A stretch of 64,000 nt of DNA from Octopus bimaculoides (lineage: Eukaryota): positions 93,298,746-93,362,745 of the forward strand of contig NC_068990.1 of the NCBI RefSeq assembly GCF_001194135.2, written 5' to 3'. Shown here one piece after another: positions 12,389 through 28,065 of this stretch. The number at the start of each line of letters is the position of its first letter. Positions within the stretch are counted from its first letter, which is position 1. Both the position numbers and the translations under genes were made by a program. The notes beneath the pieces were generated by a model. The model did not search any database. It saw only the letters and a program-made list of their open reading frames with translations, and was not told the DNA's origin.

Positions 12389-12755
12389 TATATCTATATA
12401 TACACACACATATTATATGCCAGCTACTTTCCAATATTCTTTTCTTTGAGTTTGATCTCGGTGATCTTTTCTATGAGTTTCAATCCAGTTTTTTACGACA
12501 GAACTAAGATCTATAAACCTGACACTACTGTTGAGCCTTGAGTCACAAAGAGCCCAGGCCATAACTCTGTCCTCTTTGGTCATTCCTGATGATTACTAGA
12601 TTGGAGTCTCGATCTCTGGCAGGCAACCATTTGGATACTTTGCTTTCATGAGACTAATAATAGCAATGATATATATACATACTTTTATATATATATTCAT
12701 GTATACTATGTGTGTATGTATATACTTTCATATATATATATATATATATATATGT

Positions 12756-12816
<61 letters not shown>

Positions 12817-13837
12817 TAAATATGTATGGGCATGTATGTTTGTGTGTGTGTGCATACCATGGGTACATATATACATATATATATACATATATATAGGTAT
12901 CCTTGAATGTAAGATAAAGAATAATGCTAAGATCTAAAACCATAATTGATAAGAAAAATATTCTTCCATCTGTATAATCATTTCTAAGAGAATCACTGAA
13001 GTATATTCTATATGACATTGTAACTAATTGGAAATTTGATATCTACCCATGTGTTTGTATATATGTATGTGTATGTGTGTGTGTGTGTGTGTAACTGTAA
13101 ATATGATTATGTAAATATGTATGTATGTATGTATGTATGTATGCATATAGGCCTGTGTATACATGTTTATGTATGTGGGTGTACATGTATGCATGAATTT
13201 GTTTGCTTGAGATAACATGTATGCATTCACAGGCTTTTGTCAGTGTGAACATTTGGATACATATTTACATTTACATAGGTGCATTTGTGTGCATGTGTTG
13301 CATGCATGCGTGTGTGTGTGTGTACGTATATATTTACTAGGTTTTCTGCATGCCATAGTTGCACGCAGTGCACTTAAAGATAGATTAGCAGCAGTATTCA
13401 ATTGCATTGTGGGAAGATTATAAGAAGAGAAAGCTAACACAATAACAACCAATATAGATTTAACACAAACAACAACAACAGCAACAACAACAGCAACAAC
13501 AACAACAACAACAACAACAACAACTGCAGATAAGGATTTAAATAAGAACAGCCACAAGAACTCTGCAATAATGGCAACAACACTCCTACTTTCGCTGCTA
13601 AAGAAGTAACAACAGCATCACATGTACACACATGTAGGATTACATAACATGTGTCAGTGTGTGGATGTTTACGAGTGTTGGCTCATGTAAGTGTGTGCGT
13701 GTGTGGAGGTAGTTGCTTAATGTGTGCGTCTGTAAGCATACTTTTGTATGCTTTTGTATGCTTCAACTACTTGTTTAAATGTTATTTTGTCCATGTGTAT
13801 GTGTATGTATCAGTGTGTGTGGGTGTAAAAATATATA

Positions 13838-13873
<36 letters not shown>

Positions 13874-16800
13874 NNNNNNNNNNNNNNNNNNNNNNNNNNN
13901 NNNNNNNNNNNNNNNNNNNNNNNNNNNNNNNNNNNNNNNNNNNNNNNNNNNNNNNNNNNNNNNNNNNNNNNNNNNNNNNNNNNNNNNNNNNNNNNNNNNN
14001 NNNNNNNNNNNNNNNNNNNNNNNNNNNNNNNNNNNNNNNNNNNNNNNNNNNNNNNNNNNNNNNNNNNNNNNNNNNNNNNNNNNNNNNNNNNNNNNNNNNN
14101 NNNNNNNNNNNNNNNNNNNNNNNNNNNNNNNNNNNNNNNNNNNNNNNNNNNNNNNNNNNNNNNNNNNNNNNNNNNNNNNNNNNNNNNNNNNNNNNNNNNN
14201 NATATATATATATATATGTATATATATATATTGATAGGAAGGACAACAAAAGAAAGAAAGTGACCTCGATATTATGTAAATAGAGGAATTTATCTGTAAA
14301 AATATGTGACACTTATTCGGTAGCCATGATAATCATGGCTACCGAATAAGTGTCACATATTTTCACAGGTTTATATAAATATATATATGGAGGTGCATCC
14401 CAGCAGCACTGGCAATGGCCTCGCTCAAATGTTAATTTACCCAATGCTGTGTACTGTTCCACTGAGAAACCTCATCTGGTATGGGAGACCAACAACCTTT
14501 CCCAAGGAATTTCTATGTGGGGAGGAATTTGTATTGGATCCCTACTTCTTTGATGGAATGGTCAATTCTCACCTACATCTTGACATGCTGCATGATTTCG
14601 CCATACCTCAGCTTGACACAGACAATGACATCTGAATGCAGGATGGTACCCCACCTTATAGCAGAAACGTACGTGAGTTCTTGGATGACACTTTTGAGAT
14701 GCGGATCGGCAGGAGAGGAACCATTGAATGGCCTCCATGATCGCCAGACCTGAGTCACTGTGATTACTCAATGTGGGGTATCCTGAAGAAACACATCTAC
14801 TCACAAGATGTTCAGACAATACCTGAGTTGAGGGAAAGAATTATTGCAGAAATTGTAACCCTGGACAATGATAAGGACTTGTTTTGGCGAATCTGCCACT
14901 CCATCCAGAGAAGAATCCAGTTGTGTATCGATTCTGAAGGGCAACACTTTGAAGATACGATATAAGTGTTATCTTGTTTTTGTCTTGAAATTATAATTGT
15001 ACGATGACTAAATAAAAGTGATATCATTTGGAAGAAAATTGAGTTTATTATTATTAGAACTGGGTAAAGCAACTTATGGCAATCCCTCTATATATATAAT
15101 GTATATATTTATGTATGTATGTTTGTATGTATGTATGTATGTATTCACATGCGTGTACATGTGTCCCTATTTCTATGTGTATATCTATGGCAAAAGAGAT
15201 GTTAAATGATGTTGATTATATACACACACAGATATATATATATATACATATATGATAATCTTTGCACGTGCACACACATGTACATACATATATACACCCA
15301 CATATATGTTAATTTTATATATATAAACAGTAAAACAACATTGGTTGAAGGCTCACTTTATGCACTGAAATAGACAATCACATTTATTTTTATGAAGAAA
15401 AAATTGACATTGGCTTCAAAGTTTCAATTGTTTTACTTTCATCAATTTGATGAGCAGAACTGAGCAAAAAATACAAAGCCTTTGTCGCACACATGTGTGC
15501 ATGTGCGCACACACATGTGTGTACATGCACATGCATGCATACGCATGTGTGTGAATAAGATGAGAAAGAAAACCTTGCTGCATTTCAAGATGGAAAAGAA
15601 ACAAATACTTCTTTGGTTTTAACTGAGATATTTAATCAAGATAATATTTTCCTTCATTGTTAATATCATAATCCTATCTATCTGGCAAGTTGTTAATCCC
15701 TTTGGCATAAAATACTTCATGCTTCAAAGCAAAAAATGTTCAATATCTCTTCACAATTAATAAACTTTTTTCCTTCCGAATAATGGTACCATGATCTGAA
15801 ACCATGATGTTCAGATGGTGCAACGTCAGGCAAGTAAGCAAGATGACTTCAAACATTCATATTCCATACCATAATATAAATGCAACACCAAATGACCCAT
15901 GATGAGCACTTTTTCCTCCAAAGTGTTGTGCAATTCTTCCAATTGACACCAATATTCCAAATTCACTGCTTGTTTTGGTTTCGCACTTTATGGTATCCAA
16001 TATGCTTCATCTTCCAACAAACACTGAATGTTTTTTTCAAATGCTGTCCTGCTTTGGGGATAGACTCTCCCTTTCTCATTGTTGTTTTCTTTGGAGATGA
16101 TTATAGAGAACACATTATCTTCTATCACTCGTGATAACTCTATCCAGAAAAGTTTCTGTTGTAAGTCTCCTCTTCAATGAGGAGCAGTGGACAAATCTTT
16201 GATTAAACGGTGAAGTTGTCAGATGATGAGGGACCCAGTGACCAAATTTGAACATTTTCCCTAGTTTGTGTGGTCAAAATGTGGCTTTAATTGAACTGTT
16301 TTGTTAACCCTTGTGCAGTTTGCTTCAGATTTTCCTCAACTGCAGTTTTCAGAAGCTCCATAACGATAGATCTTGATCGTCCAGATGGAGGGAAATCTAT
16401 AAAAAAAAAAAACTTTCCCAAACGAATTTGGGGAAACCAACATCAGCATGTCTGGACCCTTAAAACTTTGTTTCTATGGACAAAACGAACACTTCTTGCT
16501 GCTTCCTTTGTTGAAGAGCCCCTATTGAATTCATACAGCATTTAATATCTGACATGGGTCTAATCTGAACTCATTTCAAAAGGGTAAAATCAAATACAAA
16601 TTTAGCCATTTTGGTATAAAATAATCTGCAAAGAAGGCAAAAAAAAAAGCAAACAAACATTAGAATGTCAAAGTCGATGCATTTTCTGCTGTAAATATTG
16701 GAAAAGTATCTTCCAAGTGATTGTGTCAAAAATGCAGCAGAACTTTCTTACCAACCAAATGTGTGTGTGTGTGTGTGTGTGTGTATCTACATACATGCGT

Positions 16801-19800
16801 ACATATATACATATATATATTTAATTTCATTCTGCCTTTTAAAAATCAATATTTAAAATCAATAATTATTGATTATCAATAGAGTTTATTCTACTACTAC
16901 TACTGCTACTGCTACTGCTGCTGCTGCTGCTGCTGCTTCTGACTTCACTTTCACTATGAACAGATTTGTGTAAACAATTTTAAAATCTAAAAACAACTAT
17001 AAACAAAATTAAAAGTAAAAGTAAAAAAAAAAAAAACAGAAAGGAAATTCTTGATAGAAAATGAAATATTATTCACCTCTCAAAGACAAGGTAAACTTTG
17101 GTCACCGTTCCACTACAAGTAGATCATTATCTTTAAAATGAAGCTAGGCATAAGAAATGTTCATCTGCCAACCAAAATGTTTCCTGAATAAATCACATCT
17201 TTTATATAAAATTTGCTTCGTTACATAACCCAGACATAGTTTAGTGAATTATTCTGAATAATTAAGTTCACGTTCTATCTTGAAATTTTAAAAACCTGAA
17301 ATTTAAAAAACCTGAATTGATCCTCAACGAATTTAAAGATGTTAAATTATTGCTTTAGATGAGTGTTTTTCATGCTCTTTTTTGGAATATGCCCTCCAGC
17401 CTTCATCAGGTGTCTAGGGGAAATTTCAAACCTGGGTTCATCGAAAAATACCTTAGGAATGAGAACCCAGGTTCGAAATTTCCCCCAAGACACCTGTTGA
17501 AGGCTGGAGGATATATCAGCTGAAACGTTGTGTTAACAAGAAACAAGATGAGGACAAATATCCGTCAAATGTAAATGATGTAAATAATGTACATAATTCC
17601 TCATCTCTTAAATATGGAACTGCATTAGATAAATAGTTAGATAGACAGACAGATAGACATGTCTGTTAGGCAAGGCAACCAGTCATTGGAATCCTGCCAA
17701 AGCAGGCACTGGAGCACAACACAGTCCTCTGACCTTGCAGATTTTGTCAAAAACATCTGATTCAATGACAGATTTTAAAAGACGATGATGATGACAATAG
17801 ATGCACACACATTCTTGCACACGCACACCCACCCTCCCTCNNNNNNNNNNTCAACACCATTTGTGTGTGTGTGTGTGTGTGTGTGAGTGGCCACCTCTGA
17901 CCTCTCGAAAAGTAAAAACTGTACAAACACCAACTTAGATCCTCTCCATTATTCACGCCAGTTCTTCTTTCCACACATGTATGGACTCAGCTAATTCCTT
18001 CAAGAGCAAAGTTCAGTCAACACATGGACTCATTGCAGAATTCCAATAGTAAAAATATGCCTCTTCCCTTTTGTCACATTCCTCATCTATGGAAGGATTT
18101 GAATAGACTTTGAATGCAATATTGCCTGGTATATCTTATTGTTTACTAAGCCATGCACCCCACAACATCAAGCCGAACCAGCTTTGCTTATCTCAAGACT
18201 GAGATTCACTTCTCTCAACTTAATCTACTTAACGAACATTCTGAACTCGTTTCTTATTGCTAACACAGAACTTTCAATACACTGAAATGCCCACCTCCAC
18301 CACTCACCCCCACCCTGGCTTCTCTACACCCTCCTCCTCACACCCTACCAGGGAAAACCCACATACCATCAGCATTGGTTTCCCTGCTCCTTCTTGCTTA
18401 TTCTATTTAGAAAAATACCATTAGGATTACAGTTTTGATATAAGCAATTGTTTTAGCTTTGTCTTGTGTATCTCTCTCTAATATGTCATTGATGTTTGTT
18501 ATTCCATTAATCTGCATGGCTCCTTAAAACTTCTTTCTGCATTTGATTGCAACTTAGTACATTTGTATCAACTGCTGCATTCCGTCAATGCACATGCAGT
18601 TGCATATCTGTATATCGATGTATGCATCTATGCGTTGTATACGCATGCATGTGTAATTTGTGTGAATGTATAACATTGTTTGCATGTGTTTACAAGCCAT
18701 CATCATTGCATACATCTACACATTGCATATATGCTTGTGTATAATCACCATCATCGTCGTCGTTGTTGTCATCATCATCATCATCATCATTGCCATCGCT
18801 GTCATCATCGTCATCATTTAATGCTTCTTTTTCCATGCTTGCTTGGGCCACACAGAATTCATTGAGACAAATCTTCCCACAGCCAGATGCCCTTCCTGTT
18901 GCCAACCCTTACTTGTTTCCATGCAAGGTGATATTTCTTTGTGAATGGACGTGTTTTTCATGGATGATTGGAATTGAAGGACACTCACTTACAAATAACA
19001 TGCAATGTCAACATGAAGAGGTGCATGTGCACACACACACACACAAGCACACATATTACAGGCTTCTTTTAGTTTCTATCTGCCAAACTTACTCACAATG
19101 CTTTGATGGATGATATGTCACATACAAGTGTGAGGGGAGGTGCTTAGAGATTGGGAAGAGGTGACAGTAGTAGGTGGTGGTGGGGTAGACATGTAAGGAC
19201 ATGGAGAGTGTGCAGATAGGCATGTGAGGGATAATGGAAGGTCCTGCAGAGAGTGGTGGTCATGAGTGGTGGGATGGTGGGGTATTGGGAATATAAATAG
19301 TGGGGACGTTTTGACAGATGGCAGATTGTGTGTGTGAGAGGCCATAAAGTAGGTGCTTGTATGTATAGTTAACCATTATTTTACATAGTTTGACGTTGTC
19401 TTCCTCCCAATCAAAGCAAATCACCAGAAGTCTTTGATTCCTTGTCTTCTCCTCTGCGAGGCCCAACATCTGAAGATCATTTCTCACCACTTTGTTCCTT
19501 ATATTCCTGAGTCTACCCCTTCCACAGGTTCCCTCCCCATTTTTTCAGATCAGCACTTCTTTATGCAGCTACCCTCATCCAGACACATCACATGACCATA
19601 CCAGCACAGTCTTCTTTCTGATGCCTCTTATACACAGTTTTTCTCTTAAAACATACATGCACATTGACGTTACACATTCAGCGGTGCATCATGGCGTCAG
19701 TGGATGTGCAATAAATATATTATTTAAGGCAGCAAACTGGCAGAATTGTTAGCACTCTGGGCAAAATGCTTTGTCTGCCATTACGTTCTGAGTTCAAATT

Positions 19801-20628
19801 CTGCCAAGGTTGACTTTGCCTTTCATCCTTTCGGAGTCAATTAAATAAGTACTAGTTACACACTGGGGTCGATGCGATTGACTTAATCCCTTTGTCTGTC
19901 CTTGTTTGTCCCCTCTATGTTTAGCCCCCTGTGGGCAATAAAGAAATAAATATATTATTTTGCTTAGAGAGGAGGGGCTTCTTCCCGTCAAACTCCTGAC
20001 TTCATTTCCTACATATGTTTATGCCTTTTTTTCATTGATAATGTTTTCCTGTGTATATATATATATAAATGTAAATACTTTTCTATTTTGTTTCTAACTT
20101 CCAAATTCTATTGCTTTTTCCTTTTTTTTTTCTTCTTCTTTTAGGCCACTCGTATATTTAGGTTTAAAAATATTATTGCGATTCGGAGCCTGTGAAGTAC
20201 TTAACGTCAGTGAAACGTGTCTCATGAACTGGTTACAGACAATTGAGTCGAAATATCATGCTTCCAACTATTACCATAACTCTACTCATGCTACTGATGT
20301 TCTTCATGCAGCAGCCTTCTTCTTGGAGCAACTAAAATACAAAGTAAGGCCGTCCCCTTTCCTGGACACTCTCTCTTCTGGCTGACCATTCCTTTGTCTT
20401 TCTTGTCCGTTCCTCACCACCATCGTCACCGTCGTTGTTATTGATTTAATGTCCACTGCTTCATGTTTGCATAGACTGTTCTCAGTTGGAACCTCGCCTG
20501 TTTCTGAGCAACACAATATTCTCACCTGGCCGGACATGTTTTTACGGAAGACTGGAAACGAATGACACCGCTTGCATGAAGTTGACACTCACTTACAACC
20601 TCCACACACTTGTCAAGACAAGGAGACA

Positions 20629-20672
<44 letters not shown>

Positions 20673-22240
20673 CATGTATGTATGTGTGTATATTATACAA
20701 CAGACTTCTATCAGTTCCTGTGTACCAAATCTATTCAGAAGGCATTGGTGCACATACATACAAATATGTACATATATGTGTATGTGTGTATGTAGAGAAG
20801 ATGCTTTCCCAATGAACCACACAGTGGGACTGAACCGAAAGAGCATGTGGCTGGGAAGCAAACCTCTTAGCCACACACCTGTCCAGTAAAACCAGTCATA
20901 GAACAAATACGAATACATCACAAATTAGATTATCATTTAGAGAAGGGGTTATATAATTATGTATCTTTCTGTCTTTTAGCAGAAACGTGTCATACCAAAC
21001 TGATCTTACCTGTGCTGGTGCCATGTAAAAAGCACTGAGTCCACTCCGTGGAGCGGTTGATGTTAGGAAGGGCATCCAGCCATAGAACCCTGCCAAAACA
21101 GATATAATAGCCTGGGATAGTCTTTTACATGGTCGGCTCCTCTCAACCATCCTACCCATGCATGCATGGAAGACGGACGCTGAACGATGATGAGGACAAC
21201 AATATTTCTTTATCTTTTAGTGTAGGGTGAATGTATTACAGAGGTAGAAAGTCATTGGAATGAAATATTTCATATTCCTGAGTAAATTTTTATTTAAATA
21301 TCAATAAAGAAAACGGTTATATTTATCATATAGGCTTTGCATCCACAGAGTTTCAGGTTCGATTCCATTGCACAACCACTTGGTTAAGTATCTTCTACTT
21401 TAGCCCTGGCTGGTCACTATCTTATCAGTGAATTTGATAGGTGGAAACTGTTTCGAAGCTTGTGTTATCTATCAGTCTATCCACACACACACACACACAC
21501 ACATATATATACGTATGTATGTATGTATGTATGTATGTATGTATACACCCACATACGTGTGTGTATATATACACACACACATTCACACATCAGGCTTCAT
21601 TCAGTTTTTGCCTACCAAATCCATTCACACAGTTTTGGTCAGCCTGAGGCTTGAACAGAAAGCACTTGCCTGAGGTGCCATGCAGTGGGACTGAACCCAG
21701 AACCATGTGGATAGGAAGTGAACTTCTAAACCACTAAACAGCCAGCCTTGTTAATATTGTTCCATTTTCCGTCAAATTGAAAGCTTCTGATCTGTGATCC
21801 CAAGCACCTCTTTGTTCTTGGACTAAATTCTAAAGAAACCATTGTTGTGTCTGAAACATAGAAGATAATAAAATGGTGCTTCCATTCAGTTTTCATGTTA
21901 TAATGTCCTGAAAATATCTCAATAAATTGTTGAAACAACACAATGAAATGGTCAAAATCCTGCTTATTAGGATTTCATACTTTTATTGTTATCTAACATT
22001 TGATTAAGATGTATTAAACTGATTCTTCAGGATTTGTACAGAATTTCTTTCTTTTGTGATTCCAGGCTATCTTTGATCATATGGATGAAATCTCCTGCCT
22101 CATTTCCGCCATAATCCACGATGTTGACCATCCTGGACGAACAAATGCATTCTTGATTAATGCTCGCAATGAACTGGCATTGCTCTACAATGATTTGTAA
22201 GTCTGTGCAACCAAGCAAAAGCAATTATGTACATTTATTG

Positions 22241-22271
<31 letters not shown>

Positions 22272-24553
22272 CATCATCATCATTTAATGTCCATATATTA
22301 TACACATTGAAATGAGGTCAATATTTATCATTCATTGCACTAAACAGTCTTAGTTTATTTCACAAAGATTATCTGTGTTTGTTACTGACACAAACCATCA
22401 CTAATTTCCTTGGACATCAGATTTTTTTACTTTCCTTTTCCTTTTCCTTTTCCTCATACATAGAAACCTAAACCACATCCTTTGACAGTCACTGATATCC
22501 ATGGCAATCTGTGTCAGTTCAGGTTCTGCTGATAATGTAAATTTTCCATTCACTTACACAAACACGCATGCACGCACGCACACACACACACACACACAGA
22601 GGATCATCAACATTTAACACCCACATTCCATGCTGGCACGGGGTAGATGACTAGACTGGATCTGATGCAATGACTGTACCCGGTTTCAATACCTTCTCTG
22701 GCATGGTTTCTAGGACCAAGAACCTTTCCTAATGCTGACCACTTCACTGCATATGCTGGGTGCCTTTGTTTTGCGACCCTTATGCACATGGACACCAAGT
22801 AACTAACAAGACAGAAAACGCCCCTCCCCTCCACTGAGTGGGAGTTTAGTAGAGGGGGAGGGGGCTTTATGCTGGGAGTTGGGATTCTAAAAAAGGATAG
22901 AAGGCCAGAAACAGCTTTGTGGGGAGATAGACAGCTACCCGACATTACATAAGGGTGGGTGGGAATAGCTGGAAAGAGATAAAATGTCAGTGACAAGGTG
23001 TTAGGGTGTTGCCTCAAGATACGAGAAGGTGATAGAAAGGAGAATAGAGACGGAGTATTGGTAAGGGGTGGGAGGGTAGGTTCACAAGGGTGTGAAAGGA
23101 GCATAAAAGAGGGTTAGAGGTTGGGGCACACTCACAAGATGGACAACATTGAAAACAGCATAGACAGATGCTTGTGAATGCAAAGACCTTTCCTGGGGCA
23201 AACCATGTAATCCAGCATGGGCTAATGGTTAATAACATCAGGCTGAGACTTTGAAGAACTCAGAAACACAAACCAATCAGGAAAAGAAAGCTATGGAAGC
23301 TAAAAGATCTCCTGAACAGATTTAAACAACTGGGGCCCCTCACCCAAATTATTGTAATGCCTTTGCTCTCCTTCATTTCTCCGTCACAGATCCCTCCATC
23401 ACTTGTCTAAGTAATGCAGTATTCTGCTGCTAGAATTAAATGAGAGCAGAACTACAGGACCAATGGAAGTATCAACACAACATATTCACAAATAAATGTG
23501 TTGATAGTAGTTGTAAACTATATCATTACAGACACACAAAACAGCAAAAATCAAAATATTGATCTGTCTGTTCATTCTTTTTATATTCCTCCATATGCAA
23601 ACCTGAACATTGTCTTCTGCTCTTGGGTATTGAATAGACAAACAACTTCTCCTTAAAGACAATTGGGGGTAAACAGCACTCAATACCCTGCAGCAAAGAG
23701 TCACTTGCACATTCGAATGTGCAGAAATGGAGTAACAATGAATGCCCGTATCCATGTTATATATAATATGTTTATAAAAACTAAATAGCATAGATTTAGT
23801 CTTGCTATGGAAGTATAATTCATGGATAAACAGCAGAAGTTACAGGAAAGACTGAATCTAATTATTTTAATCTCACATTAAAGATTCATTAGGGACCACT
23901 TACCTGGTCGTCTAACTGTTGAATATTAAGAAGCATAGATCTGTTCATGAATAATGTAAATAAATTATTACTGGTATAAAGATATTTGTATAATGCTGCT
24001 ACCTGCTGTAGTTAAGAAACATAGATTTACTTGTGAATAATTTAAGTAATCTCTTATTGATGTGAAGATATTTACATAATGGCTCAAGGTGAAGGATGGT
24101 ATTTAATAACAAACAGTATTTAATTCCTGGCTGTCAACCTTGTCAAAACTAGCCTGATTTATCATTGCTTCTTGTTACTAAAGCTCCAGTTGTTTATCCA
24201 ACGCTAAATTTATGTTTGGTTAATGCATTGTATATGAGCTTTGATGATGTAATGTTCACCTGTCTGTTTCCTCCTTTGGGTCCATATACAGGGCTGCCAT
24301 GGCGGTGGCAGTGGGGCGGGGGGAGCATCAAAAGGAGATTGAAGAAGAACCATAACACAAGTGGATACAGAACGAAAATTCCTTTGAAGCTGCTGCAGTT
24401 AGTTCAGTCTGTCCTGTATTGACCAAATTCAATCATCAGAAAACCTGATGTTGTCATAGACGGCCCCTTGACATGAATCTTCATTTGTGAAGCCAATGAT
24501 GACTTGGTTTCCATATGCATATTATTTGTCATCATCATCATCACCACCATCAC

Positions 24554-24588
<35 letters not shown>

Positions 24589-27500
24589 CCATCATCACCA
24601 TCATCATCATCACCATCATCACCATCACCATCATCACCATCATCATCATCATCATTATATTTACTTCTGCTTCATATGCTGGCATGAGTTTGATGGGTCA
24701 TCACAGACTGAGTTTTTATTCAGAGTTACTTCCTCCTCAAGAGATGGTAAGACCCTGTCTCAATCACAGATTTGATTTTTTTTTGACATGGTTTCTATGG
24801 CAGTATGCCCCTCCTAATACCAGTCACATTATACAGTGTCCCGAATGCATTTTATTGTGGCACCAGCACTTGTGAGATTGTCTTGTCTTGAGTCAGACCA
24901 TGGCAACTCTGTGTTATCTCCACACATTCACCAATCACATTACAAACAGTACTGGGTGCCTTTTATTATGACACCAGCATTAATTGTTCTGTGCTCTGTA
25001 ATGATAAAGACTCCTCACTGCTCAATGGTATCCACCATTTCTTGAAATCAACATGAGTAAGTGAGTAAATGGAGGAGGAGGAGGCAAATCCCAGTAAGTG
25101 GGTGGTGGGACTGAAGAGGAGAGGGTAATGGAAGAAAGACAGGGATGATAGCAAGTTTGCCGGAGAGAGAAATTGAGTGAAGGACAGTAACAGAGATGAG
25201 CAATGGATGTCAATAACAATGGTCTGGGAGATTGAGAATATGAGAGAGGGACACAAAGAAAGGAGGGGGTGTATCAGGTGTGGCATCAAGATGCCTTCGT
25301 ACAAAGAGAGGTAACAAGGAAGGAATGGGAGTAGGTGGGGTATTGAGAAGAAATGGGTTTAGCTCCATCCCTTGTTATATGGGCAGCATGATGCAATGAA
25401 TAGAAGAGAAGGTGAGTGGAGAAAGAGGAGTGATGAGTGACAGAGAGAGAGAGAGACAGGAAGATATCAACGAGGTGTGGGGACTATAAATGGGGACCCA
25501 AATACGATATTACCCCCACACACACACACTCTCTCTCACTATCACCATCTGAACATTTGTTTCATTGTGCTTTCACGAGTGGACAAGCCTCCTTCGGCAA
25601 CAGATGCCACGAGTCAGCACTGTCCTCTATCATCTGCTTCTTAAAGTTCAGCATCATGAGATGTGTCTTCATTACTTTGCTCCATGTCTTTCTAGATTTC
25701 CATCTTTCACAGGAACCAGCGACTTCAAATGCCTTCTTCTCCATTCACACACAGCTACCCCATAACAGTTTCAGGCCTTAACTCATTCCATGATCAAACA
25801 TCTTCCACTCTAGTCTTACAAAGAATAAGTCTTGGGGTCGATTTGTTTGATTAAAGTTGGTGCTCCAGCATGGCCACAGTCAAATGATTGAAACAAATAA
25901 AAAAATTCATATATTAGTTTGAATGCAGACCATCTCTAGATACGTTTCCCTATGTCCTATTGTCATACTTTGTCAACCGGTTTTGAGAGAAGCAGAATTA
26001 TGGCATCAGGCTCACATGTATAGCATCAGTTATGTGGCATCAACTCAAAACGAAGAGGACCAAAACAAGACAGACTTGATAGATTGTTGACATAAAATCT
26101 AGCTCTTTGAGTGAATAAGAGTCTTTGGAATTCTCATGTCAGCTAAGAATAAATTAAAGAAAATTTAAACTAATTCAAGAGTATTGAATAAATAATGAAC
26201 ACAAATGCACTTCTCATGATATATCTTAACTCATCTTAAAAAAGCAAAAAAAGAATAACGAGGAATCTTACATAGAAGTGCTCAATAAGAATTTCAAATC
26301 AAATTAGCTCTGACAACATTTATGTGAAAAACAAAACGGAAACTAAAGAATTTTGAATTTGCAATACAAACTCTATAGACATGCAGTAAATGTAAAACTC
26401 CGCTCCTCTCCATCTCTCACCCTCTTCTTCAACCTATCACTCACCATAGCTATGTTTCACCTTTATCTTTTATTTTTTAATTTTTATAATAATGGTTTTT
26501 CATTACATTATTTATTTTTTATTGCTATTTGCACGTTATTTTTATCCTCACAATTCTTCTTGTCTCTCTCCATATATTACATGACCTTTTAATTTTTGTC
26601 ATCATATTTTTTTCCAGAAAGCCACTCATATTTTTTATATAATTTTTCATGTGTATGTGTGCATGTGTGTGTGTGTGGAGAAAGAGGGAGACATATACAC
26701 ACACACTCACAAAAGAATGAAGAATCACACATCATTTAATCAGCTTATGCATGTTTCTGATAGAGTGGGAAATACCAAAATTTTGTGATGCCATAATCAT
26801 ACATACTGACAGATCCCAAATTTGACTGACTAAGATTCTTCAGAAACAGGAACATTTAATATCATCCTGTCCTTATGAAAGCTATTCCACACTGCTTGGA
26901 ATAGAGACCATTTTAAGGGAGACAGATAGTAGTAAATCTAACAATATTTGACCAGTATAAGGGGTAGGGAAGTTTTTCAGCAGACAAACTTAGGAATTGT
27001 GTTTACCAGATCATGATAGAAATATAATATGGTAGTTTCTTCAATCCTATCCATCAACTTGAAGAATATTTATGGTAAAATTCCTACCCATTTAAATTTT
27101 TATTGACCAATTCAAATACGCATAGGAGTTACGTAAACTCCAAGCTGTTCAGAAGATCGTTATTTAGGTCACAATGGAAATGTCATTTGATCAGTATTCT
27201 AAATACAAGTAAAGAGGTATGCCTGCTGAGTTAATGAGAATTCTACAGGAAAATAACCAGTATATTATTCGCTTAGAAAGATATTCTATTTCAAGAAAAT
27301 TATTTTCCTTAAAGGAATAGATATTTAAAACTTAAATTTATCAATTTATCTGAAATATGTATGATCTGATTAAAGAATGTATAATTCTCCATTCTTTTGT
27401 GATTTTCTACTACACTCTGTGACCTTAGACTGAATTTATTTGGTGTTTGAACTTCAGATTTACAAATTGGAAATTGGACAGGCAGCAGAAAGTAATTTTT

Positions 27501-27621
27501 TTGGCTTCAGAGGATTCCTATGGTTTTCACTGGACTATTTAGTTTGCCAAATTTGATGATCCATTCTTATAAAGTATCTGCCTGGATTTTTAATTCCTCT
27601 TTTCCTTTTTGTGTGTGTATG

Positions 27622-27666
<45 letters not shown>

Positions 27667-27968
27667 NNNNNNNNNNNNNNNNNNNNNNNNNNNNNNNNNN
27701 NNNNNNNNNNNNNNNNNNNNNNNNNNNNNNNNNNNNNNNNNNNNNNNNNNNNNNNNNNNNNNNNNNNNNNNNNNNNNNNNNNNNNNNNNNNNNNNNNNNN
27801 NNNNNNNNNNNNNNNNNNNNNNNNNNNNNNNNNNNNNNNNNNNNNNNNNNNNNNNNNNNNNNNNNNNNNNNNNNNNNNNNNNNNNNNNNNNNNNNNNNNN
27901 NNNNNNNNNNNNNNNNNNNNNNNNNNNNNNNNNNNNNNNNNNNNNNNNNNNNNNNNNNNNNNNNNNNN

Positions 27969-28065
<97 letters not shown>

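Noticed and set aside
22031-22065. Alternative upstream acceptor for the HD-motif exon
   Set aside because: It adds 35 nt and shifts the frame; the added sequence is the pyrimidine tract of the true acceptor.
24487-24875. Poly-His / poly-Ile / poly-Met ORFs
   Set aside because: (CAT)n tail of a retroelement read in different frames.
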